A stretch of DNA of 64,000 bases, taken from an uncultured Vicinamibacteraceae bacterium (GTDB taxonomy: Bacteria; Acidobacteriota; Vicinamibacteria; Vicinamibacterales; UBA8438). Numbering within the stretch: the first letter of the stretch is position 1; every line of letters begins with the position of its first letter. The notes under the pieces were generated by a model. The model did no database searches. It was not told the origin of the DNA and worked only from the letters and a program-made list of their open reading frames with translations. Below are positions 37,488-49,423 of this stretch, piece after piece. The stretch spans positions 128,873 through 192,872 of the forward strand of contig CAZWUJ010000003.1 of assembly GCA_964636705.1 (NCBI GenBank), in the 5' to 3' direction. The position numbers were made by a program, and so were the translations under genes.

Positions 37488-39146
37488 ATGAAGAAACTGC
37501 TCATCGTCATCCTTCTGCTCGGTGGCGCGTCGGTAGCCTACGGCTACTACTACGGTTTCCGAACCGTCGAGTTCGTGCCGGAAGTGAGCACAACCCGCAT
37601 CAACACCGGGGACGTGGTCGATACCGTCGGCGCCACCGGGGCGCTGGAGGCGGTCACGACGGTGCAGGTAGGCAGCCAGGTTTCCGGCATCATCCAGGAG
37701 TTGCATGTCGACTTCAACTCCATCGTCCGCGAGGGCGACGTCATCATGCGGCTCGACCCGTCCCTGTTCGAAACCCAGATAGAGCAGTCGCGAGCCAACC
37801 TGCTGCGCGCCGAGGCGGATGTCGAGCGGTTGCGAGTCGCGGTCGACGACTCGGAAACCCAACTGCGCCGCTCGCGCGAACTTGCCGCCGCCGATCTGAT
37901 CTCTCCGACCGAGCTTGAAGCAGCCGAAGTGGCGCTCCGCTCCGCCGAGGCGCAGCTCAAGTCGTCCGAGGCGCAGGTGACCCAGGCCCAGGCCTCACTG
38001 AACCAGAGCGAGGTGAACCTGGAGCACACCGTCATCCGAGCGCCGATCGACGGCATCGTGACTTCCCGCCTGGTCGATGTCGGGCAGACCGTCGCGGCCA
38101 GTTTTCAGGCCCCAGAGCTGTTTGTCATTGCCGCCGATCTGACGAAGATGCGGGTCATCGCCGACATCGACGAGTCGGACGTCGGACGCATCCGTCCGAA
38201 CCAGCGCGTGACGTTCACGGTCGACGCCTACCCTGGCGAGTTGTTCGAGGGCAGCGTGTCGCAGATCCGCCTCGAGCCGATCCTCACGCAGAACGTCGTG
38301 ACCTACGCCACGGTCATCGATGCTCCCAACCCGGAGTTGAAGCTGAAGCCCGGCATGACGGCGACCGTCACGGTTGAGGTCGCGCGGCGCAACAACGCCC
38401 TCCGCGTACCGAACGCCGCGATCCGCTTCCGGCCCACCCCGGCGATGTTCGCCGCGCTTAATCAGCCCGTCCCGGCCGAATTGCAGGGAGGCCAACCACG
38501 CAACGCGATGGCGGGCCCACGGGGGGGGGCGGGCGAGCCCCCTGCGGCAGCGGACACCGCCGACCCGGGCGGCGAGCCCGCAGGCCCCGGCGCCGCAGTC
38601 GGAGGTCCCGGCGGTGGATTCGGAGGCTTCGGCGGGCAGGGTGGTCCGCCGACCGAGGAACAGCGGCAGCAGATGCGCGAGCGCATCCAGCAGATGTCGC
38701 CGGAAGAGCGCGAACAGTTCTTGGCGGAGAGGCGCGGGCGCGCCGGCGGCCCGGGGGGATTCGGCGGGCCAGGCCGTGGGGGCGGCCGGCCAGCCGCCGC
38801 GCGACAGGCGGCTGCCGCCTCGGCCCCGGATGCTGTTCCGGCCGTCGAGAGAGGTGCAACGACAATCGATGCGCTGTTCGCGCCACTTGAAGTCGTCGAG
38901 CGGGACGTGAGCGTCTGGCTCCTGGAAGACTCCGGCCGACTTCGCAGTGTTGAGGTCCGCCTCGGCGTCACCGATGGGTCGGCGAGTGAACTGGTGGATG
39001 TGCTCGCCGAGGACGTGTCGCTCGCTGACGGCGCGCTCCTGGTAACCAACGTAAGCACACCCGAGTCGGGTGCGGGTCCCCCGTCCAGCACCGCCAGCAG
39101 CTCCCCGCTCATGCCGCAGTTTCCGTTCGGTCGCCGAGGACGCTAG
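37488..39146 (+). CDS. MacA/HlyD-family periplasmic adaptor with a Gly-rich C-proximal insert
   Basis: It has an N-terminal TM segment, a lipoyl/hairpin/beta-barrel pattern (VQVGSQVSGII...HTVIRAPIDGIV) and an insert of about 115 aa of G/P/A-rich sequence. Confidence 0.85.
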   Translation: MKKLLIVILLLGGASVAYGYYYGFRTVEFVPEVSTTRINTGDVVDTVGATGALEAVTTVQVGSQVSGIIQELHVDFNSIVREGDVIMRLDPSLFETQIEQSRANLLRAEADVERLRVAVDDSETQLRRSRELAAADLISPTELEAAEVALRSAEAQLKSSEAQVTQAQASLNQSEVNLEHTVIRAPIDGIVTSRLVDVGQTVAASFQAPELFVIAADLTKMRVIADIDESDVGRIRPNQRVTFTVDAYPGELFEGSVSQIRLEPILTQNVVTYATVIDAPNPELKLKPGMTATVTVEVARRNNALRVPNAAIRFRPTPAMFAALNQPVPAELQGGQPRNAMAGPRGGAGEPPAAADTADPGGEPAGPGAAVGGPGGGFGGFGGQGGPPTEEQRQQMRERIQQMSPEEREQFLAERRGRAGGPGGFGGPGRGGGRPAAARQAAAASAPDAVPAVERGATTIDALFAPLEVVERDVSVWLLEDSGRLRSVEVRLGVTDGSASELVDVLAEDVSLADGALLVTNVSTPESGAGPPSSTASSSPLMPQFPFGRRGR

Positions 39147-39153
39147 CCAAGCG

Positions 39154-39915
39154 ATGCCAATGATTGCCGTCGAGAACCTGACGAAGACCTATTCGATGGG
39201 TGATATCGACGTGCACGCCCTGCGTGGCGTCACCCTTTCCATCGAGGCGGGCGAGTTCGTCGCGGTCACCGGCCCGTCGGGGTCCGGCAAGTCTACGTTC
39301 ATGCACATCCTCGGTTGCCTCGACCGGCCGACCAGCGGTCGCTACCTGCTGGATGGACGGGACGTGTCGCGCCTTTCGCGCGATCAGCTTGCCGAGGTAC
39401 GCAATCGGAAGATCGGCTTCGTCTTCCAGGGCTTCAACCTGCTGGCGCGAACGACGGCGCTTGACAACGTCGAGCTGCCCCTGTTGTACGGCGGATCCAA
39501 GCTGCGGGGCGCGAAGCGTCGCCAACAGGCGGAGGCGGTGCTGACGGCGGTCGGTCTCGCCGACCGGATGGACCACCTTCCCAACCAGCTCTCGGGTGGC
39601 CAGCAGCAGCGGGTGGCGATCGCCCGCGCGCTGGTGAACCAGCCTGCGATTCTGCTGGCGGACGAGCCGACCGGCAATCTCGATTCGCACACCAGTATCG
39701 AGGTGATGGAGATCTTCCAGCGGCTCAATCAGGAAGACGGGATTACGGTACTGTTGATTACCCACGAACCGGATATTGCCGAGTACGGCAAGCGGATCAT
39801 CCGCTTCCACGATGGCCTGGTGGCGTCCGACGAGTCGAATGTCCAGGTACGGGCCGCGCGCGAGATGCCCACCGACCCGGAACCTGCCCGCAGTCCCGTG
39901 GTTGCCGCGTCGTAG
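39154..39915 (+). CDS. MacB-type ABC transporter ATP-binding protein
   Basis: The ATG at 39154 is in frame. Walker A (GPSGSGKST), the signature LSGGQQQRV and Walker B (LLADEPTG) are present. Confidence 0.9.
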   Translation: MPMIAVENLTKTYSMGDIDVHALRGVTLSIEAGEFVAVTGPSGSGKSTFMHILGCLDRPTSGRYLLDGRDVSRLSRDQLAEVRNRKIGFVFQGFNLLARTTALDNVELPLLYGGSKLRGAKRRQQAEAVLTAVGLADRMDHLPNQLSGGQQQRVAIARALVNQPAILLADEPTGNLDSHTSIEVMEIFQRLNQEDGITVLLITHEPDIAEYGKRIIRFHDGLVASDESNVQVRAAREMPTDPEPARSPVVAAS

Positions 39916-39929
39916 CGAAGGAGTCACTG

Positions 39930-41156
39930 ATGTCGATCTTCATGGTGCTGCGTGTTGCGCTCAAGGCGCTCGGCCGGAACAAGATGCGAACCAGCCTGAC
40001 GATGCTCGGCATGATCATCGGCGTCGCCGCCGTCATCACGATGGTGGGACTCGGCCGGGGCGCGCAGGATGAGATCGAGCAGCAGATCCGCGCCGCCGGC
40101 ACGAACATGATCAACATCCGGGCCGGCAACTTCCGCCGTGGCGGAGTCAGCATGGGGATGGGCCAGTCGCCCCGCTTGAAGGCGGATGATGTCGACGCCA
40201 TCCGTGAACAGGTCCCCGACGCCGTCTACCTGGCGGCGGGCGTCCGAACCCGAGACCAGATAGTCGCCGAGGGCCAGAACTGGAACACCAACATTCAGGG
40301 CACGGACGTCGAGTTCCCGCAGATCCGGTTCTGGGGGATCGAGTACGGGGACTTCTTCACGGAGACCCACGTTCAGAGCGCCGCCAAGGTTGCGGTTCTC
40401 GGCTCCGTCGTGCGTGACAACCTGTTCGGCGAAGGGGTCGATCCCGTCGGCTCCCGGGTCCGAATCCGCAACCAGTCCTTCCAGATAATTGGCGTGATGG
40501 AAGCGAAGGGATCGGGTCAGTTCGGCGAGGATCAGGACGACGCGGTCTTCGTGCCGTACACGACCGTCAACCGGAAGCTGCGAGGACGTGACGGGACCAA
40601 CATTTCGGAGATCGTCATTTCGGCGTCGGACGCCGACCGGATCAACGAGATCGCGGACGAGATCTCCGCCGTGCTGCGCGTGGAGCATGAACTGCAGCCG
40701 GGCCAGGACGACGACTTCTTGGTCCGGACGCAGGAAGACATGACGAGCATGAGGACGCAGACCACACAGACCATGACGGGCCTGCTGGCAAGCATCGCCG
40801 GTGTTTCGCTGATCGTCGGCGGTATCGGCATCATGAACATCATGCTGGTCTCGGTCACCGAACGGACCCGCGAAATCGGGCTCCGGATGGCGGTGGGCGC
40901 CAAGGGACGCGACGTCCTGCTGCAGTTCCTGGTCGAGGCGATTGTCCTGAGCCTGGCGGGTGGCCTCGTCGGCGTGGGACTTGGATTCGGCCTCTCCGAA
41001 GGCCTGACCCAGTTCCTCGCCTGGCCTACCGAGATTCCACCCGATGCCGTGATGATCGCGGTCGGCTTCGCTGCGGGAACGGGGATCTTCTTCGGCTTCT
41101 ACCCCGCGCGGAAGGCGGCCCAGCTCGACCCGATCGAGTCGCTCCGGTTCGAGTAG
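39930..41156 (+). CDS. MacB-type ABC transporter permease (FtsX fold)
   Basis: 408 aa with a MacB periplasmic domain and a C-terminal FtsX motif (ERTREIGLRMAVGA). Confidence 0.9.
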   Translation: MSIFMVLRVALKALGRNKMRTSLTMLGMIIGVAAVITMVGLGRGAQDEIEQQIRAAGTNMINIRAGNFRRGGVSMGMGQSPRLKADDVDAIREQVPDAVYLAAGVRTRDQIVAEGQNWNTNIQGTDVEFPQIRFWGIEYGDFFTETHVQSAAKVAVLGSVVRDNLFGEGVDPVGSRVRIRNQSFQIIGVMEAKGSGQFGEDQDDAVFVPYTTVNRKLRGRDGTNISEIVISASDADRINEIADEISAVLRVEHELQPGQDDDFLVRTQEDMTSMRTQTTQTMTGLLASIAGVSLIVGGIGIMNIMLVSVTERTREIGLRMAVGAKGRDVLLQFLVEAIVLSLAGGLVGVGLGFGLSEGLTQFLAWPTEIPPDAVMIAVGFAAGTGIFFGFYPARKAAQLDPIESLRFE

Positions 41157-41225
41157 CGCCGGCATCGAAGCTCCCAAGCGACCCTGAATACGACCAAAGG
41201 AACATCCGAAGGAGGGCCGGCACCC

Positions 41226-41618
41226 ATGCGCTTCCTCGACCCCTGGGCCAACTGCATTCTCGCCACGCTCCGCATCGTTGCGGGGTACGGCTTCATGCTC
41301 CACGGCCTGCAGAAGCTCTTCGGCATCCTGGGAGGCACGCAACAGGAGATCCTGTCGTTGCTCGGCACGGCCGGAGTCATCGAACTGGCGGGAGGAACAC
41401 TCATCGCCCTCGGCCTGTTCACCCGCCCGGTGGCGTTCGTCTGCAGCGGAGAGATGGCTGCCGCCTACTTCCTCGGTCACGTGTCGCGTTCCGGGGCGTT
41501 CCTGTTCCCGGTGGTGAACGACGGCGAGCGGGCGGTGTTGTACTGCTTCCTGTTCCTCTATATCGCCTCGCGCGGCCCGGGCGAGTGGAGCGTCGACGGG
41601 CTGCTCGGCAAGGGTTGA
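41226..41618 (+). CDS. DoxX-family membrane protein
   Basis: 130 aa with four hydrophobic segments. LRIVAGYGFMLHGLQKLFG matches the family. Confidence 0.75.
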   Translation: MRFLDPWANCILATLRIVAGYGFMLHGLQKLFGILGGTQQEILSLLGTAGVIELAGGTLIALGLFTRPVAFVCSGEMAAAYFLGHVSRSGAFLFPVVNDGERAVLYCFLFLYIASRGPGEWSVDGLLGKG

Positions 41619-42121
41619 TCCGTCCCACCCAGTGCGGCCAGCAACTCTCGCACGGTTCGGCCGCTCACTGGATCGGCGAGATCCGGGGCCACGGCGGCGA
41701 GCGGTTCCAGTACGAACCGCCGCTCCCGGAACCGTGGGTGCGGCAGCACGAGATCCGGTGTGCGCATGGTGAGGTCGCCCATGAGGATCAGGTCGAGATC
41801 GAGCGTCCGGGGCGCGTGCGCGTGAGGTCGCGCCCGGCCGCGGGCCCGTTCAATCGCCTGCAATTCGCCCAGCAACGCAACCGGGTCGATACTGCTCGCG
41901 CCGACCACGACGCCGTTCAGGTAATCGGGCTGCGGACCGGCGGCGGGACTTCCGATAAAGGCGGAATTGATGTACGGGGAGATTCGCGGGCGGGCCAAGA
42001 GAACCTTGAGGCGGCTGACAGCGTACGCGAGATGGGCGCGACGGTCGCCCAGGTTGCTGCCGAGGGCAACGACGGTCAGGCGCGTTGCCGTTCCTTGCAG
42101 GTGATGCAGACCCGCGTCCAT
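41558..42121 (-). CDS. folK: 2-amino-4-hydroxy-6-hydroxymethyldihydropteridine diphosphokinase
   Basis: VALGSNLGDR, LDLDLIL and LPHPRFRERRFVLEPL are present. Confidence 0.88.
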   Translation of the reverse strand: MDAGLHHLQGTATRLTVVALGSNLGDRRAHLAYAVSRLKVLLARPRISPYINSAFIGSPAAGPQPDYLNGVVVGASSIDPVALLGELQAIERARGRARPHAHAPRTLDLDLILMGDLTMRTPDLVLPHPRFRERRFVLEPLAAVAPDLADPVSGRTVRELLAALGGTDQPLPSSPSTLHSPGPREAI

Positions 42122-42459
42122 GGAATCGCGTTCAGGCGGGCAGGGGCGATGGGCTCACCGCAATCCCGGCAGATGCCGTAACTGCCCTCGTCCATGCGCC
42201 ACAACGCTTCTTCGATCGCGTTGAGGATCTTGGCGTCGGTCTGCTTCAGCTTAAGCTGAATGTGCACCTCGTTGTTGCCGTTGGCCTGATCGGCCATGTC
42301 GCCCTGGCGGGTATTGTTCTCCATCGGCGTGGTGAGCGTGTGCCCTCCCCGCTCGTTCAGAATCTCCCCCCGCTTCCGCAACAACGCGTCCCGATATGTC
42401 TCGTAGGCGGCCTGCTCCATGGCCAGCCCTCCTTGCGGGCCGTTTCGGCGCCCGCTCAT
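42076..42459 (-). CDS. dksA: DksA/TraR-family zinc-finger transcription factor
   Basis: It has a coiled-coil N-part and a four-Cys finger (CRDCGEPI...CITC). Confidence 0.85.
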   Translation of the reverse strand: MSGRRNGPQGGLAMEQAAYETYRDALLRKRGEILNERGGHTLTTPMENNTRQGDMADQANGNNEVHIQLKLKQTDAKILNAIEEALWRMDEGSYGICRDCGEPIAPARLNAIPWTRVCITCKERQRA

Positions 42460-42489
42460 CTGGTCAATGTATCACGCCGCCGCCGTGCG

Positions 42490-45060
42490 CTACTCGGCGC
42501 GCAGCGTCAGCAGCGGCTTCTGTCTCAACACGCCCGCGCTCGCGGCCACTCCCACCACCAGAACCGCTGCCGCCGTCAGCATCATGCCGATGAGATTGAT
42601 CCCCGGCGCTGGCGTCCAGGGCACCTCGAGGACCTGCCGGGTGAGCACCCACGTCAGGCCGATGGCGCCGGCTGACCCAATCACCCCGGCCAGGAGGCCG
42701 AGCACACCGTACTCCAGTACGTACATCGACGTCAGCGCTCGCGTGTTGGCTCCGAGGGTCCGGAAGACGGCGGCGTCGTACAGTCGCTGGAACCGCGTCA
42801 TCGCTACCGATCCGATCAGAATCAACACTCCGGCAAAGAGTGCTATGGCCCCTACCGCTGTGACCGCGAGCGTGACGTAGTCCAGCACGCGCCGGAAGGT
42901 CCGGAGGATCTCCAGTCCGTCGATCACCGACACGTTCGGGAACTGATTGGCGAGCTCCCGCTGCATGGCGCCGCGGGCCTCCGTTCCCGCCGGACCCCGC
43001 AGAAACGCAATATAGGAGTGCGGTGCGTCGTCGAACGCGCCGGGCTGGAAGACGAAGATGAAACCACCGCTCCTCGAGTCGTCCCAGTCGACCTCGCGGA
43101 CGCTGGTGACCCGCGCTTCGACAGGCCGGCCGAGCAGGTCGAAACGGATCGTGTCGCCCAACTGAACGCCGCGCTCGATCACGCTGTCCTCGACCGAGAC
43201 TTCCAGCAATCCGTCGCGATCCCCGGACGGCGTCGCGTCCCAGAATCTCCCCGCCACGACACGCTCGTTCTCGGCCATCCGGGCCCGGTAGGTGACGGTG
43301 TACTCACGGCCAAGCCCGGCGCGGCGGATAGCCCGGCGTCCCTCGATGCGGGTCTGCGGTCCACTGACGCCGGTGACGCGGGCGCGCAGGACGGGAAGCA
43401 GCTCCGGCGCCGAATCCATGCCGTCCGGGCCGAGCGGAGTCGCCTCGAGCAACCGTGCGACACCCGGCGCCTGATCCTGCTGAATGTCAATCAGGAACAT
43501 GTCCGGCATGTCGTCCCGCAACTCCAGCGAGAAGGCGGTCAGCAGGTTCTCCTGCACGGCATGGACGCCGATGATGAAGAAGCTCCCGAGACCGACCGCG
43601 AGGAGCACGACGCGGGTCTGGTTCCCCGGCCGCCGGAGGCTGCGCGCCGCGTGCCGCAGGGGGAACCACTGAGAGGTCTCCAGTGGGCGTACAGCGCGAA
43701 TCAGGCCCCGGCCGACCAGATGCAGGAGCACCGCCACAACGATGAATCCGCCCGCCACCCACGCCCCCACCTCGAGCGACGCCGCCTGCCACGCGGCCGC
43801 CAGAACGAGGCCCGAGACGGCGACGGCTATGGCGGCCAATCGAAGGGGATCGCGACGCGGCGCGCTCGGCACGTCCCCCGGCCGCAGCAGGAGCAGCGGC
43901 TTCGCGTGTCGTGTCTCCAGCAACGGCACGAGCGCAAAGAGCATGGCCACGATGACGCCGACGGCAACGCCCTGCACGACGGCCGACAAGGTCAGTCCGG
44001 GCGCAATGTTGCCGGATCCCGCGATTGCGGCGGCCTGTTCGGTCAGTGAATCCGGAAGCGACCAGATCGCGCCCTGTGCGACCGCGACACCAAGCAGCGC
44101 CCCGCCCAGGCCGAGAACCGCTACCTGAACGACGTACACAGCCAGAACACGACCGTGTGTGGCACCGAGACACTTCAGGATGGCCGCGCTCCGGAGGCGC
44201 TGCTGGACGAAGACCCGCGTCACGCTCCATACCCCAATGCCACCGAGGATGACGACAACGAAACCGATCAGGCTGAGGTAGTTCTCCGCGCGGCCGAAGT
44301 TCCGCTCGATCCGTTCCTCCGTGCGCCGGTACGACCCGATCCGAACGAACGCCTCCTGCAGATCCTCGCGCAAGGCATCGACCAGCGGGTTGATCGCCGG
44401 CTCCGGGACCCGCATCAGGATCTGCCGCTCCGCCCGGCTGGCGAGACCGACCAGGCCGGTCGCCTCCAGCTCCGCGAGATCAACCAGCACGCGCGGACCA
44501 AAGCTGAATCCCCCCAACTGGCGGCCCGGCTCGCTGATAATGGCGTCACGGATCGTGAACGCCCTGTCGCCAATGACGATCTCGTCGCCCACCTCGATGT
44601 CCAGTTGCGGCAGTAGTTCCCGCCCCACGAGCACGCCGTTGTCCCGGATCAACGCGGGCGAATACTCGGCGCCGCTCTCCAGTACGAACTGCCCGTAGAA
44701 GGGGAACGCCGCCTCGACTCCCCGCAACTCGACCACCTTGGTCTGCGGCCCTTGTCCTTCCGGCAGGCGCGCCACGGTAATCGTGTCAATCGTCTCCGTC
44801 CTCGCCAGTCCGGGGATGGCGCCGGTCCGCGCGTCGATGCGGGCAAGCACATCTTCGGTCCAGGGCTGCTCCGACTCGACGTAGACATCGCCCCCGGTCA
44901 GGCTCCGTGCCTCGCCGGCAAGCGCCGTCCGGACGTTCTGCACCAAGGAGCGGAGCGCCACGATCCCGCCGACACCGATCGCGACGCAGAGAAAGAAGAA
45001 GATGAGCCGGCGCCAGGACGCGCGCAACTCGCGGACCGCCATGCGCAGGATGAAACTCAT
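42490..45060 (-). CDS. YbbP-like ABC transporter permease (double FtsX domain)
   Basis: 856 aa with two FtsX-type four-TM modules. It lies downstream of its ATPase gene. Confidence 0.85.
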   Translation of the reverse strand: MSFILRMAVRELRASWRRLIFFFLCVAIGVGGIVALRSLVQNVRTALAGEARSLTGGDVYVESEQPWTEDVLARIDARTGAIPGLARTETIDTITVARLPEGQGPQTKVVELRGVEAAFPFYGQFVLESGAEYSPALIRDNGVLVGRELLPQLDIEVGDEIVIGDRAFTIRDAIISEPGRQLGGFSFGPRVLVDLAELEATGLVGLASRAERQILMRVPEPAINPLVDALREDLQEAFVRIGSYRRTEERIERNFGRAENYLSLIGFVVVILGGIGVWSVTRVFVQQRLRSAAILKCLGATHGRVLAVYVVQVAVLGLGGALLGVAVAQGAIWSLPDSLTEQAAAIAGSGNIAPGLTLSAVVQGVAVGVIVAMLFALVPLLETRHAKPLLLLRPGDVPSAPRRDPLRLAAIAVAVSGLVLAAAWQAASLEVGAWVAGGFIVVAVLLHLVGRGLIRAVRPLETSQWFPLRHAARSLRRPGNQTRVVLLAVGLGSFFIIGVHAVQENLLTAFSLELRDDMPDMFLIDIQQDQAPGVARLLEATPLGPDGMDSAPELLPVLRARVTGVSGPQTRIEGRRAIRRAGLGREYTVTYRARMAENERVVAGRFWDATPSGDRDGLLEVSVEDSVIERGVQLGDTIRFDLLGRPVEARVTSVREVDWDDSRSGGFIFVFQPGAFDDAPHSYIAFLRGPAGTEARGAMQRELANQFPNVSVIDGLEILRTFRRVLDYVTLAVTAVGAIALFAGVLILIGSVAMTRFQRLYDAAVFRTLGANTRALTSMYVLEYGVLGLLAGVIGSAGAIGLTWVLTRQVLEVPWTPAPGINLIGMMLTAAAVLVVGVAASAGVLRQKPLLTLRAE

Positions 45061-45078
45061 GGTTGAGAGTACCGATCC

Positions 45079-45795
45079 CTAACCGCCCGCGGCGGCGGCG
45101 GGCGCCGAATCCAATGCGGGGTCGCGCACGACCGTGCGGCCATCCAGCATCGCCAGCGTGACGTCGGTGCGGGCCGCCAGATCCCGATCGTGGGTTACCA
45201 GGACGATTGTCGTCCCGCGAGAACGATTCACCTCGATCAACAGGTCGATGACGTGCCGGCCGTTCGTGCTGTCGAGGTTCCCGGTCGGCTCGTCCGCCAG
45301 GAGGATCGGTGGATCGTTGGCCAGGGCTCGCGCGATGGCGACCCGCTGCTGCTCGCCACCGGAGAGCTGCGACGGGTAGTGGTGCCCGCGGTCGGTCAAG
45401 CCGACCTCCTCCAGCAGTGCGCGTCCCTTGCCGAATGGGTTGGCCACACCCGCGATCTCGAGGGGCACAATGATGTTCTCGAGCGCGCTGAGCGACGGCA
45501 GAAGGTGAAAGAACTGAAAGACGAAACCGATCCGCTCACCGCGGAACCGCGCGAGGCGATCCTCGTCGAGGGACGTGATCGTTGTCCCGTCGATCACGAT
45601 CTCGCCGGTCGAGGGCATGTCAAGACCAGCGATGAGACCGAGCAGCGTCGACTTGCCGCTTCCCGAGGGGCCGACAACCGAGAGCAACTGCCCCACCGGC
45701 ACGGCGAGGTCGAGCGGATGCAGGATGGTCAGCGGCTTGCCGCCACTCTGGACGGTCTTGGAAACGCCGCGCAGCTCGATCATCGGCGCGCTCAT
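45079..45795 (-). CDS. YbbA-like ABC transporter ATP-binding protein
   Basis: Walker A (GPSGSGKST), LSGGEQQRV and LLADEPTG are present. Confidence 0.9.
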   Translation of the reverse strand: MSAPMIELRGVSKTVQSGGKPLTILHPLDLAVPVGQLLSVVGPSGSGKSTLLGLIAGLDMPSTGEIVIDGTTITSLDEDRLARFRGERIGFVFQFFHLLPSLSALENIIVPLEIAGVANPFGKGRALLEEVGLTDRGHHYPSQLSGGEQQRVAIARALANDPPILLADEPTGNLDSTNGRHVIDLLIEVNRSRGTTIVLVTHDRDLAARTDVTLAMLDGRTVVRDPALDSAPAAAAGG

Positions 45796-46529
45796 TGCGC
45801 GGCCCCGATCGATGCTGCCGGCTCCGCCGCGATCTCCGCCAGTAGCGGCTCCAGCGTCGACCAGAGATGAGCAGCCATCCGCTCCGCTCCGGCAGCGTTC
45901 GGATGAATGCCGTCGCGCTGGTTCAGGTCGGGATCGCCTGCGACTCCTTCCAGCAGGAACGGAATCAGCACGACCTCGCGCGTCTCCGCCAAGGTTCGAA
46001 ACACCTCCCGGAATTCAGACGTGTAGATGGCGCCGAAGTTCGGCGGCGCTTCCATCCCGGCCAGCACAACCTCGATATCGCGTTCCCGTGCGCGGTCGAT
46101 TATGGTGGCGAGATTGTCATGCATCTGCTCGACCGGCAGCCCGCGCAGCCCGTCGTTCCCGCCGAGGGCCACCACCAGCATGCGGACATCACCGTCGACT
46201 GCCCAGTCGAGCCTTCTCAGGCCACCCGCCGTCGTATCGCCAGACACCCCGCGCGGCGCAATCTCAATCGGCCAGCCTGCAGCGTCGACCCGTGCCTGCA
46301 GGCGCGCGGGAAACGCCTCGTTCTCCGGCAGACCGAGGCCCGCAGTCAGCGAATCACCGAGGATCACCACGCGGGCGAGCAGGCCGGCGCCAGGTGGCGG
46401 GTCGGGTCGCAGCCCGCCTTCCGTGGCGTCCGGAACGGCCCGGAGCGCCGACGAAACCACGTTCTCCGGCGGGGCGGACCCGCACGCGGCCATTCCCGCC
46501 ACGAACAACACCATCGGGGCAAACCGCAT
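45792..46529 (-). CDS. SGNH/GDSL arylesterase-thioesterase (TesA-like), probable lipoprotein
   Basis: The GDSL block (ILGDSLTAG), GGNDGLRG and the C-terminal DGIHPN are present. The start at MRFAPMVLFVAGMAAC gives a lipobox. There is an ATGA overlap with the ATPase start. Confidence 0.85.
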   Translation of the reverse strand: MRFAPMVLFVAGMAACGSAPPENVVSSALRAVPDATEGGLRPDPPPGAGLLARVVILGDSLTAGLGLPENEAFPARLQARVDAAGWPIEIAPRGVSGDTTAGGLRRLDWAVDGDVRMLVVALGGNDGLRGLPVEQMHDNLATIIDRARERDIEVVLAGMEAPPNFGAIYTSEFREVFRTLAETREVVLIPFLLEGVAGDPDLNQRDGIHPNAAGAERMAAHLWSTLEPLLAEIAAEPAASIGAAQ

Positions 46530-46598
46530 CTCCGCATTGTACCTTTCCGTGAGGCAACGCACTCCGAAGACCCGATTTCAGGTAGCATTGACCGCCCG

Positions 46599-47692
46599 AT
46601 GAGTGGAGTGCCAGTGCGCCTCGGGTGCGCCGTTCTCTGTGCCGCGGTGGCAGGCGCCGTAGCGGAACACGTCGGCGTGGCAGCCCAATCGATGACCACA
46701 CGCGGCCTCACGGCGATTGACGGCCTCGCCGTAGGCCACCACACCCTGGCCACCCGGCCCACCGGATGCACGGTCGTTCTGGCCGAGGCGGGCGCAACCG
46801 CCGCCGTGGACGTTCGAGGCGCCTCCCCGGGGACACGCGAGACCGCGCTGCTCGACCCCGCCAACCGGGTGCAGCAGGTACATGCCATCGTCCTTTCCGG
46901 CGGCAGCGCGTTCGGCCTCGCCGCCGCCGACGGGGTCATGCGCTACCTCGACGAGCGGGGCGTCGGTTTCCCGACCCGCGGCGGCCCCGTACCCATCGTG
47001 CCCGCCGCCATTCTCTTCGACCTGACGGTAGGCGACGGCGCCATCCGTCCGGGGGCGGAGTGCGGCTACCGCGCCGCGAAGACGGCTACCAGCGGCGCTA
47101 TCGCGGAGGGAACGGTCGGAGCCGGGGCGGGGGCTACCGTCGGCAAGCTGGCAGGTCCCGGACGGGCAATGAAGGGCGGAGTCGGCACCTCGCTGATCGA
47201 GTTGCCGGACGGCGTCCGCGTCGCCGCGCTGGTGGCGGTCAACGCCGTGGGAGATGTCTACGACCCGGAGACCGGTGCGCTGATAGCTGGAGTCCGAACG
47301 GAAGACGGTCGTGGCCTCGAAGGCGCCGGCGCCCTTCTTCGCCAGCCGCCGGCCGCAGCCCCCGGCGGTGAGAACACGACGATCGGCGTCGTGGCCACGA
47401 ACGTTTCGCTGACGCAGGCGGAACTGGGAATCGTTGCCCGAATGGCCCACGATGGCCTTGCGCGGGTTGTCCGGCCGGCCCACACGCCGGTCGACGGGGA
47501 TACGATCTTCGCTCTCTCCACCGGGGCCGTCGAGGCCACCGAGTGGACAAGCGACATCGGGCGACTGCGGATCGGCGCGCTGGCGGCCGATGCGACGGCC
47601 GAGGCAATCGTCCGCGCGGTGCGCGAGGCGACAGGAGTGCCGGGCTACCCCGCGGCACGTGACTTGATCGACGACGCGAAGGAGGACGGACG

Positions 47693-47696
<4 letters not shown>
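46599..47696 (+). CDS. P1/S58 (DmpA-type) aminopeptidase, secreted
   Basis: The in-frame ATG at 46599 lies inside track ORF 45867..47696. It has a signal peptide, GHHTL...TGCTVVL and the GS/T self-processing region (LSGGSAFGL). Confidence 0.8.
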
Positions 47697-49378
<1,682 letters not shown>

Positions 49379-49423
49379 CAGGCATCACGCCGCGCCGCCC
49401 GCCGTCGGAGGATTCGCCGGGTA

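Noticed and set aside
38521-38529. G9 homopolymer inside the MacA-type adaptor gene as a phase-variation switch
   Set aside because: It lies in a Gly-codon-rich low-complexity insert of a very GC-rich gene, where such runs arise by composition. There are no other contingency-locus hallmarks. It would only be worth checking if read data show length heterogeneity.
39924-41480. 518-aa minus-strand ORF
   Set aside because: It is antisense to the MacB permease and DoxX genes. It has shadow-ORF composition.
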